A model generated the notes under the pieces. The model saw only the letters and a program-made list of their open reading frames with translations, was not told the DNA's origin and did not search any database. This document shows, in pieces, positions 35,249-44,302 of a stretch of 51,865 bases of DNA; position 1 is the first letter of the stretch, and every line of letters starts with the position of its first letter. A program made the translations under genes and the position numbers. This stretch comes from Gaiellaceae bacterium (GTDB lineage Bacteria > Actinomycetota > Thermoleophilia > Gaiellales > Gaiellaceae): NCBI GenBank assembly GCA_035711645.1, contig DASTBX010000078.1:1-51865 (forward strand). The letters run 5' to 3'.

Positions 35249-36277
35249 TCATCGGGACACCACCTCCGCCTGGGAGAAGGCGACGAGCGCCTCCAGGCGC
35301 TCGGCGGCCGCGCCGCTGTCGACGGCCTCGGCGGCGGCGCGGTAGCCCTCCTCGAGGTCGCGGGCGCGGCCGGAGGCCGCGATCGCGCCGGCCGCGTTGA
35401 GGAGCACGGCCTCGCGCTTCGCGCCCGGGGCGCCGGCGAGCACCGCCCGCAGGAGGGCGGCGTTCTCCGCCGGCGTGCCGCCCGCGAGCTCGGCGGAGGA
35501 GCAGCGGGGGACGCCGAAGTCGGCGGGGTCGATCTCGCGCCGCTCGACCCGGCCGTCGGCGACCTCGCAGACGAGGTTCGGGCCGGCCGGCGACAGCTCG
35601 TCGATGCCGCCTGCGCCGTGCACGACGAACGCGCGCCGGGCGCCCAGCCGGGCCAGCACCGAGGCGATCGTCTCCACCAGCTCCGGAGCGTAGACGCCGA
35701 CGACCTGGGCGCGGGCGCCCGCCGGGTTCGTCAGCGGCCCGAGCACGTTGAAGACGGTCCGCGTCGCCAGCTCCCGGCGCACCGGCGCCGCGTGGCGCAT
35801 GGCGGGATGGTGCGCCGGCGCGAAGAGGAACCCGAAGCCGAGCTCGTCGATCGACTGCTCGATGCGCGCCGGCGGCAGCTCGAGCCGGAAGCCGAGCGCC
35901 TCGAGCACGTCCGCCGAGCCCGAGGCCGAAGAGACGGCGCGGTTCCCATGCTTCGCCACGGCCGCCCCCGCCGCCGCCGCCACGAGGGCGGCAGCCGTCG
36001 AGATGTTGAACGTGCGCGCGCCGTCGCCGCCCGTGCCGGCGGTGTCCACGAGGTCGTTCCGGGCCGGCCGCACAGGGACGACGTGCTCGCGCATCGCCTC
36101 GGCGCACCCGGCGATCTCGTCCGGCGTCTCTCCCTTGAGGCGCAGCGCCACGAGGAAGCCGCCCATCTGGGCGGGCGTCGCCTCGCCGCCCATGATCGCG
36201 TCCATGACCCCGCGCGCCTGCGCCTGGGAGAGGTTACGCCCCTCGAGGAGCCGCGCGAGAGCCTCCTGGATCGTCAC
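35249..36277 (-). CDS. trpD: anthranilate phosphoribosyltransferase
   Basis: VDTAGTGGDGARTFNIST, and KHGNRAVSSASGSADVLEALG. GTG 36277 overlaps the trpG stop (GTGA). Confidence 0.95.
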   Translation of the reverse strand: MTIQEALARLLEGRNLSQAQARGVMDAIMGGEATPAQMGGFLVALRLKGETPDEIAGCAEAMREHVVPVRPARNDLVDTAGTGGDGARTFNISTAAALVAAAAGAAVAKHGNRAVSSASGSADVLEALGFRLELPPARIEQSIDELGFGFLFAPAHHPAMRHAAPVRRELATRTVFNVLGPLTNPAGARAQVVGVYAPELVETIASVLARLGARRAFVVHGAGGIDELSPAGPNLVCEVADGRVERREIDPADFGVPRCSSAELAGGTPAENAALLRAVLAGAPGAKREAVLLNAAGAIAASGRARDLEEGYRAAAEAVDSGAAAERLEALVAFSQAEVVSR

Positions 36278-36837
36278 CGCCGGCCCTCCAGGAAGTTGCG
36301 TCCCAGCGCCGGGCCGTCCGGCGTCAGCACCGACTCGGGGTGGAACTGGATGCCGACGACGGGCAGCTCGCGGTGCCGCACGGCCATCACCTCGCCGTCG
36401 TCGGCGGTCGCGCAGACCTCCAAAGACCCAGGCACGGCCGTGGCGGCGAGCGAGTGGTAACGGCCGGCCTCGAGCGGGTCCGGGAGCCCCGCGAAGATGC
36501 CGCGGCCGTCGTGGGACACGGGGCTCGCCTTTCCGTGCAGGAGCCTGCGCGCCTGGCCCACCTCGCCGCCGAAGGCCGCGACGATCGCCTGGTGGCCGAG
36601 GCAGACGCCGAGCGTCGGCACACGGGGCCCGAGGCGCCGGACGATGTCCAGGGTGGCACCAGCGTCGCCCGGCCGCCCGGGGCCGGGGGAGATCACCAGG
36701 TGGCTCGGCGCGAGCCGCTCCGCCTCGTCGGCGCCGACGGCGTCGTTGCGGACCACGGTCACCTCCGCCCCGAGCTCCTGGAAGAGGTGGGCGAGGTTGT
36801 ACGTGAAGCTGTCGTAGTTGTCGACGAGGAGGATCAC
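36274..36837 (-). CDS. trpG: anthranilate synthase component II (glutamine amidotransferase)
   Basis: ILLVDNYDSFTYNL, catalytic GVCLGHQ, and GIQFHPES. GTG 36837 overlaps the trpE stop (GTGA). Confidence 0.95.
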   Translation of the reverse strand: MILLVDNYDSFTYNLAHLFQELGAEVTVVRNDAVGADEAERLAPSHLVISPGPGRPGDAGATLDIVRRLGPRVPTLGVCLGHQAIVAAFGGEVGQARRLLHGKASPVSHDGRGIFAGLPDPLEAGRYHSLAATAVPGSLEVCATADDGEVMAVRHRELPVVGIQFHPESVLTPDGPALGRNFLEGRR

Positions 36838-38090
36838 GGCGCGGGCGTGCCTCCATTCTGCTCCGCTGCGGCGAGCGCCGCCTCGAGCGCCGCGAGCTTG
36901 CGAAGGCACTCCTCGTGCTCGGCGGCCGGGTCGGAGTCGGCCACGATCCCGGCGCCCGCCTGCAGGCGGGCGAGGCCGTCGGCGAGCACGACCGTCCGGA
37001 TCGCGATGCAGGTGTCGAGCGTCCCGTCCGGCAGTGCGTAACCGACCGCGCCGGCGTACGGCCCCCGCCGATACCCCTCGAGCTCCGAGACGATCTGCAT
37101 GGCGCGCACCTTGGGCGCCCCCGAGACGGTCCCGGCGGGGAAGCACGCGCGCAGGAGATCGAAGCCGCTCCGCCCCGGCAGGAGCTCGCCGACGACCTCC
37201 GAGACGAGGTGCGTCACGTGGGAATACCGCTCCGCCTCGAGGAAGCGGACGACCTCGACCGAGCCGGCCGCGCAGACGCGCGAGAGGTCGTTGCGCCCCA
37301 GGTCCACGAGCATGACGTGCTCGGCCCGGTCCTTCTCCGAGGCGAGGAGCTGCTTGGCGTCGCCCGCGCCCGGCGACGTCGTCCCTGCGATCGGGTTGAG
37401 GGACGCGCGCGAGCCCTCGAGCTTCACGAGGGTCTCCGGCGAGGAGCCGACGAGCGCGATCCCGTCGAGCTCGAGGAGGAAGTGGTACGGCGACGGGTTG
37501 ATGCGCCGCAGCGCGCGGTAGAGCGCGATCGCGGAGACCTCCGTGGGGCGCTCGGCCCGCTGCGAGAGGACGACCTGGAAGGCATCGCCGGCGCGGATGT
37601 AGTCCTTGACGCGGCGGACGCCGTCCTCGTAGGCCTCGCGGGCCGGGAACCTCCGGGTGGGGCCGCCCGCGACCGGCCCGCCGGCCTCGCCCCCGGGAGG
37701 CTCCCGGCGGAGCCGGGCGGCCACCTCCCCCACCTCGCCGGCGAGCACCTCGGCGACGCTGGCGCCGTGGTCGAAGCGGACGAGCGTGTCGGCGACCACG
37801 AAGCGGCTCTCCGGGAGTCCGGAGCCGTTCTCCGGGAGGGGCACCGTCGGCTCGAGCACGGCCACGTGGTCGTAGCCCAGGTAGCCGACGACCGGGCGCC
37901 CCGCCGCGACCTCGCGTTCGGCCCCGGCGACGTCGACGAGCCGCGCCCCCGACCCGACGAGGCTGTGCCGGCCGAGGCGGCCCTTCTCGACGGACTCGAG
38001 CAGGAAGCCGGCGCGCGCACCCTCCCGCAGCCGGAGGTACGCCCCGAGCGGGGTGATCAGGTCGGCGTGGATGTCGGGCGCGATCGTCAC
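36834..38090 (-). CDS. trpE: anthranilate synthase component I (compact, 418 aa)
   Basis: INPSPYHFLLE, GSSPETLV, DRAEHVMLVDLGRND, and GPYAGAVGY. Confidence 0.9.
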   Translation of the reverse strand: MTIAPDIHADLITPLGAYLRLREGARAGFLLESVEKGRLGRHSLVGSGARLVDVAGAEREVAAGRPVVGYLGYDHVAVLEPTVPLPENGSGLPESRFVVADTLVRFDHGASVAEVLAGEVGEVAARLRREPPGGEAGGPVAGGPTRRFPAREAYEDGVRRVKDYIRAGDAFQVVLSQRAERPTEVSAIALYRALRRINPSPYHFLLELDGIALVGSSPETLVKLEGSRASLNPIAGTTSPGAGDAKQLLASEKDRAEHVMLVDLGRNDLSRVCAAGSVEVVRFLEAERYSHVTHLVSEVVGELLPGRSGFDLLRACFPAGTVSGAPKVRAMQIVSELEGYRRGPYAGAVGYALPDGTLDTCIAIRTVVLADGLARLQAGAGIVADSDPAAEHEECLRKLAALEAALAAAEQNGGTPAP

Positions 38091-38125
38091 GGCAAACGAA
38101 AGAAGACCCTGCGGTCGGGGTCTTC
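38091..38125 (-). terminator. trp attenuator terminator hairpin plus U-rich tail
   Basis: Minus-strand RNA reads GAAGACCC-cgaccgca-GGGUCUUC followed by UUUCGUUU, immediately 5' of the trpE start and 29 nt 3' of the leader-peptide stop. Confidence 0.7.
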
Positions 38126-38154
38126 GAGCGGAGCGGGCTGGCAGGGCCTCGGGA

Positions 38155-38220
38155 CTAGCAGGCGACGCTCCCGCTCCGCTCGCGGCGCCAGGCCCACCAG
38201 GTGCGGAGGAGAGTCGTCAT
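38155..38220 (-). CDS. trpL: trp operon leader peptide (21 aa, MTTLLRTWWAWRRERSGSVAC)
   Basis: Three TGG codons within four consecutive codons (38199-38188), located between the divergent promoter region and the terminator hairpin. Confidence 0.7.
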   Translation of the reverse strand: MTTLLRTWWAWRRERSGSVAC

Positions 38221-38299
38221 CTGCGCGGAGCGTAGGCCACTCCCGGCGGGCGCGTCAAGGCAGCCGGCTCGCGTTCGGCTGACATCCGGCCGGCGGGGC

Positions 38300-38305
38300 G
38301 ATAAT
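38300..38305 (+). promoter_or_regulatory. candidate -10 box GATAAT, 8 nt before GTG 38314
   Basis: AT-rich hexamer in GC-rich DNA, no SD. Confidence 0.35.
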
Positions 38306-38313
38306 GCCCGCCG

Positions 38314-39639
38314 GTGGAGCCGCACCCCATTCGCCTCGTGGTGGAGGACGACCTGCGCCGGTCACGGCTCACGGTCTTCCTGCGGATCATCCTCGCCATC
38401 CCGCACCTGATCTGGATCGGACTCTGGTCGATCGCCATGGTCGTCGTCGCAGTCGTCAACTGGTTCGCCGTGGTCTTCACGGGACGGCTGCCGGCCGGCC
38501 TGCACCGCTTCGCAGCCGCCTACGTCCGCTACACGACCCACCTGAACGCCTATCTCTACCTCGCCGCGAACCCGTACCCGGGGTTCCTGGGCGCGGCGGG
38601 CAGCTACCCGATCGACGCAGTGATCGAGGAGCCCGGGCGCCAGAGCCGCTGGAAGGCCGGCTTCCGGATCTTCCTCGCCCTGCCCGCTCTGCTGCTCATG
38701 AGCACCCTCGTCGGCTTCGGCGCCGGCGGCGGGGGCGGAGGCGGGGGCGGCGGCGGCCGGACGGCGGACACCGACGTCGGGTCGGAGGCCGCCTGGACAG
38801 CCGGCGGCACCCTCAGCGCCGTCGTGGTCGCCGCGATCCTCGGCTGGTTCGTCTGCGTCGCCCGCGGGAGCATGCCGCTCGGCTTCCGCGACCTCGCCGC
38901 CTACGGCCTCCGCTACGCCGCGCAGACGTTCGGCTACCTGCTCCTGCTCACCGACCGGTACCCGAACGCCGACCCGGGGGAGCCGCCGGCGACGCAGCCG
39001 ACGCCGGCGAAGCCCGTGCGCATCCGCGTCGAGGACGACCTGCGACGGTCGCGGCTCACGGTCTTCTTCCGCCTGCTCCTCGCGATCCCGCACGTCGTCT
39101 GGCTGATTCTGTGGGGCATCCTCGTCGTCCTCGCCCTGATCGTCGGCTGGTTCGCGACGCTGGCGACGGGGCGCCTTCCGGACGCGTTCCACCGCTTCTT
39201 CTCGGCGTACCTTCGCTACGAGACCCACGTCTTCGCGTTCCTCCTGCTCGTCGCAAACCCCTTCCCCGGCTTCGTGGGCGCGGCCGGCAGCTATCCCGTC
39301 GACGTGGAGATCGCGCCTCCGGAGGCCCAGAACCGCTGGAAGACCCTCTTCCGCATCTTCCTCGCGATCCCGGCGGCGTTGCTCAACTCGGCGCTCGGCG
39401 GGGCGCTCTACGTAGCCGCGTTCCTCGGCTGGTTCGTCTCCCTCGCCCTCGGCCGCATGCCCGAGGGGCTTCGCAACCTGGGCGCCTACGTGCTCCGCTA
39501 TTCCGCGCAGCTCTACGCCTACCTGTACCTACTCACCGACAGCTATCCCTACAGCGGTCCCGTGGCGTACGTCGAGCGGGAGGTCGAGCTGGAGCCCGTT
39601 CCGACGTGGCCCGACGCCCCACCCGAGCCCTCCTTCTAG
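38314..39639 (+). CDS. integral membrane protein with two tandem DUF4389-like repeats and a Gly11 tract
   Basis: Both halves share VEDDLRRSRLTVF.R..LAIPH..W...W, NWF/GWF..TGRLP...HRF...Y.RY..H...YL.L.ANP.PGF.GA.GSYP. GGGGGGGGGGG lies between the halves of repeat 1. Confidence 0.8.
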   Translation: MEPHPIRLVVEDDLRRSRLTVFLRIILAIPHLIWIGLWSIAMVVVAVVNWFAVVFTGRLPAGLHRFAAAYVRYTTHLNAYLYLAANPYPGFLGAAGSYPIDAVIEEPGRQSRWKAGFRIFLALPALLLMSTLVGFGAGGGGGGGGGGGRTADTDVGSEAAWTAGGTLSAVVVAAILGWFVCVARGSMPLGFRDLAAYGLRYAAQTFGYLLLLTDRYPNADPGEPPATQPTPAKPVRIRVEDDLRRSRLTVFFRLLLAIPHVVWLILWGILVVLALIVGWFATLATGRLPDAFHRFFSAYLRYETHVFAFLLLVANPFPGFVGAAGSYPVDVEIAPPEAQNRWKTLFRIFLAIPAALLNSALGGALYVAAFLGWFVSLALGRMPEGLRNLGAYVLRYSAQLYAYLYLLTDSYPYSGPVAYVEREVELEPVPTWPDAPPEPSF

Positions 39640-40826
39640 CCGCCCTCTCCGTGCTCGCCGTCGGCTTGGCGGCCGGCTGGAGCCTGGGCGCCTGGGCCCT
39701 GTGGCAGACGGAGGTCCCGGACGGCCTCGAGCCGCCCGCGGTGGCGGACTCCGAGATCCTCTCTCCGGCCCTGCTCGACGAGGTGCGGAGCTACGAGACG
39801 TTCCTGCGCGCGCTCTTCCTCGTCTCGCTGGTCGTGGTGCTCGTCGCTCTCGCCCTCTACGCGCGCTTCGGCGGCCGCTTCGTGCGCGAGTCGGCGGCCG
39901 GGCGCATCGGGACCGGGATGCTGCTCGGGATGCTCGGCCTGGCGTTCCTCTGGCTCGTCGAGATCCCGTCCGGGCTCGCCGCTCTCTGGTGGGAGCGGCG
40001 GCACGAGGTCTCCGGGCTGGACTACGGCACCTGGCTCGCCGAGAACTGGCTCGCGCTCGGGGGCGAGTTCCTGTTCGTCTGCCTCGCCCTCCTCGTCGTC
40101 ATGGGCCTCGCCGGGCCGCTGGGCGACTGGTGGTGGATCCCGGGGGGCGCCGTGTTCGTCGCGCTGGCGCTCCTCTTCACGTTCGTCTCCCCGTACCTGC
40201 TCCCGGCGCAGGTGGACGCGCCGCCCGACGTCGTCGCCGAGACCCGGAGCCTCGCGGAGGAGCAGGACGTGGGGGAGATCGACGTCCGCGTGGCCGACGT
40301 CGACTCCTACGAGAGCCCGAACGCCGCCGCCGCCGGCCTCGGGCCGACCCGCCGCATCGTCGTGTGGGACACGCTGCTCGAGAGCTTCGGCGAGGACGAG
40401 GTGCGCGTCGTCCTCGCCCACGAGGTCGGGCACCACTCGCGGGAGCACCTCTGGAAGAGCGTCGCCTGGTACGCGCTCTTCGCGTTCCCGGGCGCCTTCC
40501 TGATCGCCTGGACGACCCGGCGGAGGGGCGGGATGCGGGAGCCGACGGCCGTTCCGCTCGCCCTCCTCGTCCTCGTCGTGCTCCAGACCGTCGCGCTCCC
40601 GGCCCAGAACGCGATCACCCGCAACCTCGAGGCGGAGGCGGACTGGGTCGCGCTCGAGACGACCGAGGATCCGGACGCGGCCCGCGAGCTCTTCGCCGGC
40701 TTCTCGGAGCAGGGCCTCATCGACCCGAGCCCGCCGACGTGGGCCTACGCGCTCATGGAGACGCACCCGACGATCGCCGAGCGCATCGGCATGGCCGAGG
40801 CCTGGGAGCTGCGCGCGAGCCCGTAG
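39606..40826 (+). CDS. M48-family (Ste24/HtpX-like) zinc metallopeptidase with N-terminal multi-TM region
   Basis: HEVGHH zinc motif and a downstream acidic E.EAD. Several TM segments precede it. GTG 39606 overlaps the upstream gene by 34 nt; alternative start GTG 39651. Confidence 0.8.
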   Translation: MARRPTRALLLAALSVLAVGLAAGWSLGAWALWQTEVPDGLEPPAVADSEILSPALLDEVRSYETFLRALFLVSLVVVLVALALYARFGGRFVRESAAGRIGTGMLLGMLGLAFLWLVEIPSGLAALWWERRHEVSGLDYGTWLAENWLALGGEFLFVCLALLVVMGLAGPLGDWWWIPGGAVFVALALLFTFVSPYLLPAQVDAPPDVVAETRSLAEEQDVGEIDVRVADVDSYESPNAAAAGLGPTRRIVVWDTLLESFGEDEVRVVLAHEVGHHSREHLWKSVAWYALFAFPGAFLIAWTTRRRGGMREPTAVPLALLVLVVLQTVALPAQNAITRNLEAEADWVALETTEDPDAARELFAGFSEQGLIDPSPPTWAYALMETHPTIAERIGMAEAWELRASP

Positions 40827-40859
40827 CGCGGGCCTCGTGGGAGGGCGGCGAGCGGTTGG

Positions 40860-40865
40860 TACGCT
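40860..40865 (+). promoter_or_regulatory. candidate -10 box TACGCT, 6 nt before GTG 40872 (thiolase)
   Basis: TANNNT hexamer, no SD. Confidence 0.3.
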
Positions 40866-40871
40866 GACCTC

Positions 40872-42023
<1,152 letters not shown>

Positions 42024-43322
42024 CTACTCCTCGAAGTAGACGAGCCAGGCAGGGCGCTCGGGCGTCGCCCGACCGACCGTCTCTCCGGTGGCGAGGTCGA
42101 TCAGCTCGTAGAGCCGCCCCTCGTTGCCGGCGGCGTACAGGCGGCCCCCGGCCGTGTAGGAGAACTCGACGAGCTCGCCCGACGTGAGCCGGAAGCGCTC
42201 GTTCCCCTCCAGGTCGAGCGCGACGACGCCGGCCTCCCCGGACTCGTCGCCCTGCCACCAGGAGGCGAGGAGCGTGTCGCCCCGCACCGCCACCTGGGCC
42301 GCCTCGTCGCCGACGCGCCGGACGCTCCAGTCGCTCGGGTCGATCAGCATGAGCCCGGCCGGCTCGACCTCCAGGCGCTCGCCGTCGGCGGCGTAGTTCG
42401 CGCCGCTCACGGCGACGAGACCGCTCTCGAGCCAGACGGCGTTGCGGTCGGGGCCGTCGATCGTCTTGGCGTGGGCCGCCGGCTGCAGCCAGTCCCGCAG
42501 GCGCCCGAGGAGCGAGACCGGCTCCGAGAGCTCGTGGTAGCGGACCTCGAGCGTCTCGAGGTCGACCTCCGCGACCCGGTTTCCGGCCGGGACGACGAGC
42601 GCGCGAGAGCCGGACGGCTCCACGGCGAGGCCGGGGATCGACTGGCGGGAGCGGAAGTCCTCCTCCGTCTCGCCCTCCTGCTCCCAGCCCGCCTGAATCT
42701 CGCCGAGCGCCGTCGAGCGGACCTCGCTGCCGTCGAAGACTGCGAGCTTCGCCGGCCCGATCCTGTCGGGCGGCGCGAGCAGGAAGACGAGGCTGCCCTC
42801 GACGGAGTGGGACGAGACGACCGTCCCTTCGAGCTCGTGCTCGGATACGACCTGGCGCGTGGCGGGGTCGAGGGCGACCGCGCGCGAGGGCAGCCCGCTG
42901 ACCGAGGCGAGGAGAAGCTTGGGCGCGACCCAGTTCAGGCGCTCGAAGTAGCCCTCCGTCCGGCCGCCGACGTCGATCGTGCCAACCGCCTTCATCCGCT
43001 CGAGGTCGACGATCTGGACGTAGCCGCGGGTGTCGGCGCCCAGTGCGAGCGCGCTGCCGTCCGGCGAGCGGTCGACCGCCGAGTAGTAGTACGAGAAGGA
43101 GACCGACCGCCCGTCGACCGGCTCGAGCGTCTCCGCGTCCGCCCAGAAGAGCTCGCCGCCCTCCAGGTCGTTCCAGACGGCGAGCAGCCCCTCTTCCGCC
43201 GGGGGAGCCGCTTGCGTGCTCGTCGCGGTCGTGGTCTCCGGCGGGGCGGCGGCGTCCTCGCTCCCGCCGCAGCCGAGGAGGGCAAACGCGGCCGCCGACG
43301 CGAGAAGGAGCGAACGTAGCAT
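42024..43322 (-). CDS. lipoprotein, probable beta-propeller-like fold (432 aa)
   Basis: Lipobox signal peptide MLRSLLLASAAAFALLGC. Repetitive beta-strand-like pattern. No enzymatic motif. Confidence 0.7.
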   Translation of the reverse strand: MLRSLLLASAAAFALLGCGGSEDAAAPPETTTATSTQAAPPAEEGLLAVWNDLEGGELFWADAETLEPVDGRSVSFSYYYSAVDRSPDGSALALGADTRGYVQIVDLERMKAVGTIDVGGRTEGYFERLNWVAPKLLLASVSGLPSRAVALDPATRQVVSEHELEGTVVSSHSVEGSLVFLLAPPDRIGPAKLAVFDGSEVRSTALGEIQAGWEQEGETEEDFRSRQSIPGLAVEPSGSRALVVPAGNRVAEVDLETLEVRYHELSEPVSLLGRLRDWLQPAAHAKTIDGPDRNAVWLESGLVAVSGANYAADGERLEVEPAGLMLIDPSDWSVRRVGDEAAQVAVRGDTLLASWWQGDESGEAGVVALDLEGNERFRLTSGELVEFSYTAGGRLYAAGNEGRLYELIDLATGETVGRATPERPAWLVYFEE

Positions 43323-43359
43323 TACACGGAGTACAGCACTGGCCTCGGAAAGGTTCCAG

Positions 43360-43365
43360 TAGTGT
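43360..43365 (+). promoter_or_regulatory. candidate -10 box TAGTGT, 9 nt before ATG 43375
   Basis: TANNNT hexamer, no SD. Confidence 0.35.
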
Positions 43366-43374
43366 CCCGGCGCG

Positions 43375-44211
43375 ATGCGGTTCGAGCGTGTTCTCGTCGT
43401 CGGCGCGGGTCAGATGGGCGCGGGGATCGCCCAGGTCGCCGCCGTCTCCGGACGGCACGTGCTTCTCCACGACGCGGCTCCCGGGGCGGTGGAGAAGGGC
43501 ATCGCAGCCATGCGTAAGAGCCTGGAGCGGCTGGCCGCGAAGGGCGCGCCGCACGACGCGGACGAGGTGCTCGCACGCGTCGAGGCGGTCGACGACCTGG
43601 CGTCGGCCGACCTGATGGTCGAGGCGGTCGTCGAGGACGCGGCCGTCAAGGAGGACGTCTTCGGCCGCGCGGACGAGATCATGCCCGCCGAGGCGGTGCT
43701 CGCCTCGAACACTTCGTCGATCCCGATCGCCACGCTTGCGGCGGCGACCGCGCGCCCCGAACGCGTGATCGGCATGCACTTCTTCAACCCGGTGCCCGTG
43801 ATGACGCTCGTCGAGGTCGTGCGCACGCCGGCCACCTCTGACGAGACGGTGGCGGCGATCGTCGAGCTCGCCCGCGAGCTGGGGAAGACGCCCGCCGAGG
43901 CCAACGACTTCCCGGGCTTCGTCTCCAACCGCATTCTGATGCCGTTCGTGAACGAGGCCGCCCACGCGCTCGCCGACGGCGTCGCAGAGGCGGAGGCGAT
44001 CGACACGATCGCCAAGCTCGGCTTCAACCACCCGATGGGGCCCCTCGCGCTCGCCGACCTGATCGGCCTCGACACCTGCGTCTCGATCATGGAGGTGCTC
44101 CGCGACGGGCTCGGCGACTCGAAGTACGAGCCGTGCCCGCTCCTGCGCGAGCACGTCGCCGCCGGGCGCCTCGGCCGCAAGAGCGGCGCCGGGTTCTACG
44201 ACTATTCGTGA
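43375..44211 (+). CDS. 3-hydroxyacyl-/3-hydroxybutyryl-CoA dehydrogenase
   Basis: Rossmann motif [23 protein letters not shown], and GFVSNRIL. Confidence 0.9.
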   Translation: MRFERVLVVGAGQMGAGIAQVAAVSGRHVLLHDAAPGAVEKGIAAMRKSLERLAAKGAPHDADEVLARVEAVDDLASADLMVEAVVEDAAVKEDVFGRADEIMPAEAVLASNTSSIPIATLAAATARPERVIGMHFFNPVPVMTLVEVVRTPATSDETVAAIVELARELGKTPAEANDFPGFVSNRILMPFVNEAAHALADGVAEAEAIDTIAKLGFNHPMGPLALADLIGLDTCVSIMEVLRDGLGDSKYEPCPLLREHVAAGRLGRKSGAGFYDYS

Positions 44212-44302
44212 GGGCGGCAGGAAGGGTCTCGGCTCTCTCCCTCTAAAGGGTGAGGGCCGATGAACCGATTCGACCGCTGACGACGAACTAGAAGGAGCCG
44301 CA

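Noticed and set aside
35100-35252. A 50-codon ORF that exactly bridges trpD and trpC/F, with ATGA and TGATG overlaps.
   Set aside because: GC3 is about 75 percent against more than 90 percent in neighbouring genes. The two 27-nt repeat copies fall in different frames. No motif was recognised. It is kept only as a note under the spacer finding.
38718-38759. The Gly11-encoding tract, considered as a slipped-strand phase-variation site.
   Set aside because: The tract uses mixed codons (ggc/ggg/gga) and is not a homopolymer or perfect short tandem repeat, so slippage is unlikely. It is noted only as a protein feature.
44212-44302. Small hairpins (ccctc-taaagggt-gaggg) between hbd and the HD-GYP regulator, considered as a terminator or riboswitch.
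   Set aside because: The stems are only 4-5 bp, there is no U-tract and there is no resemblance to a known riboswitch core. The evidence is insufficient.
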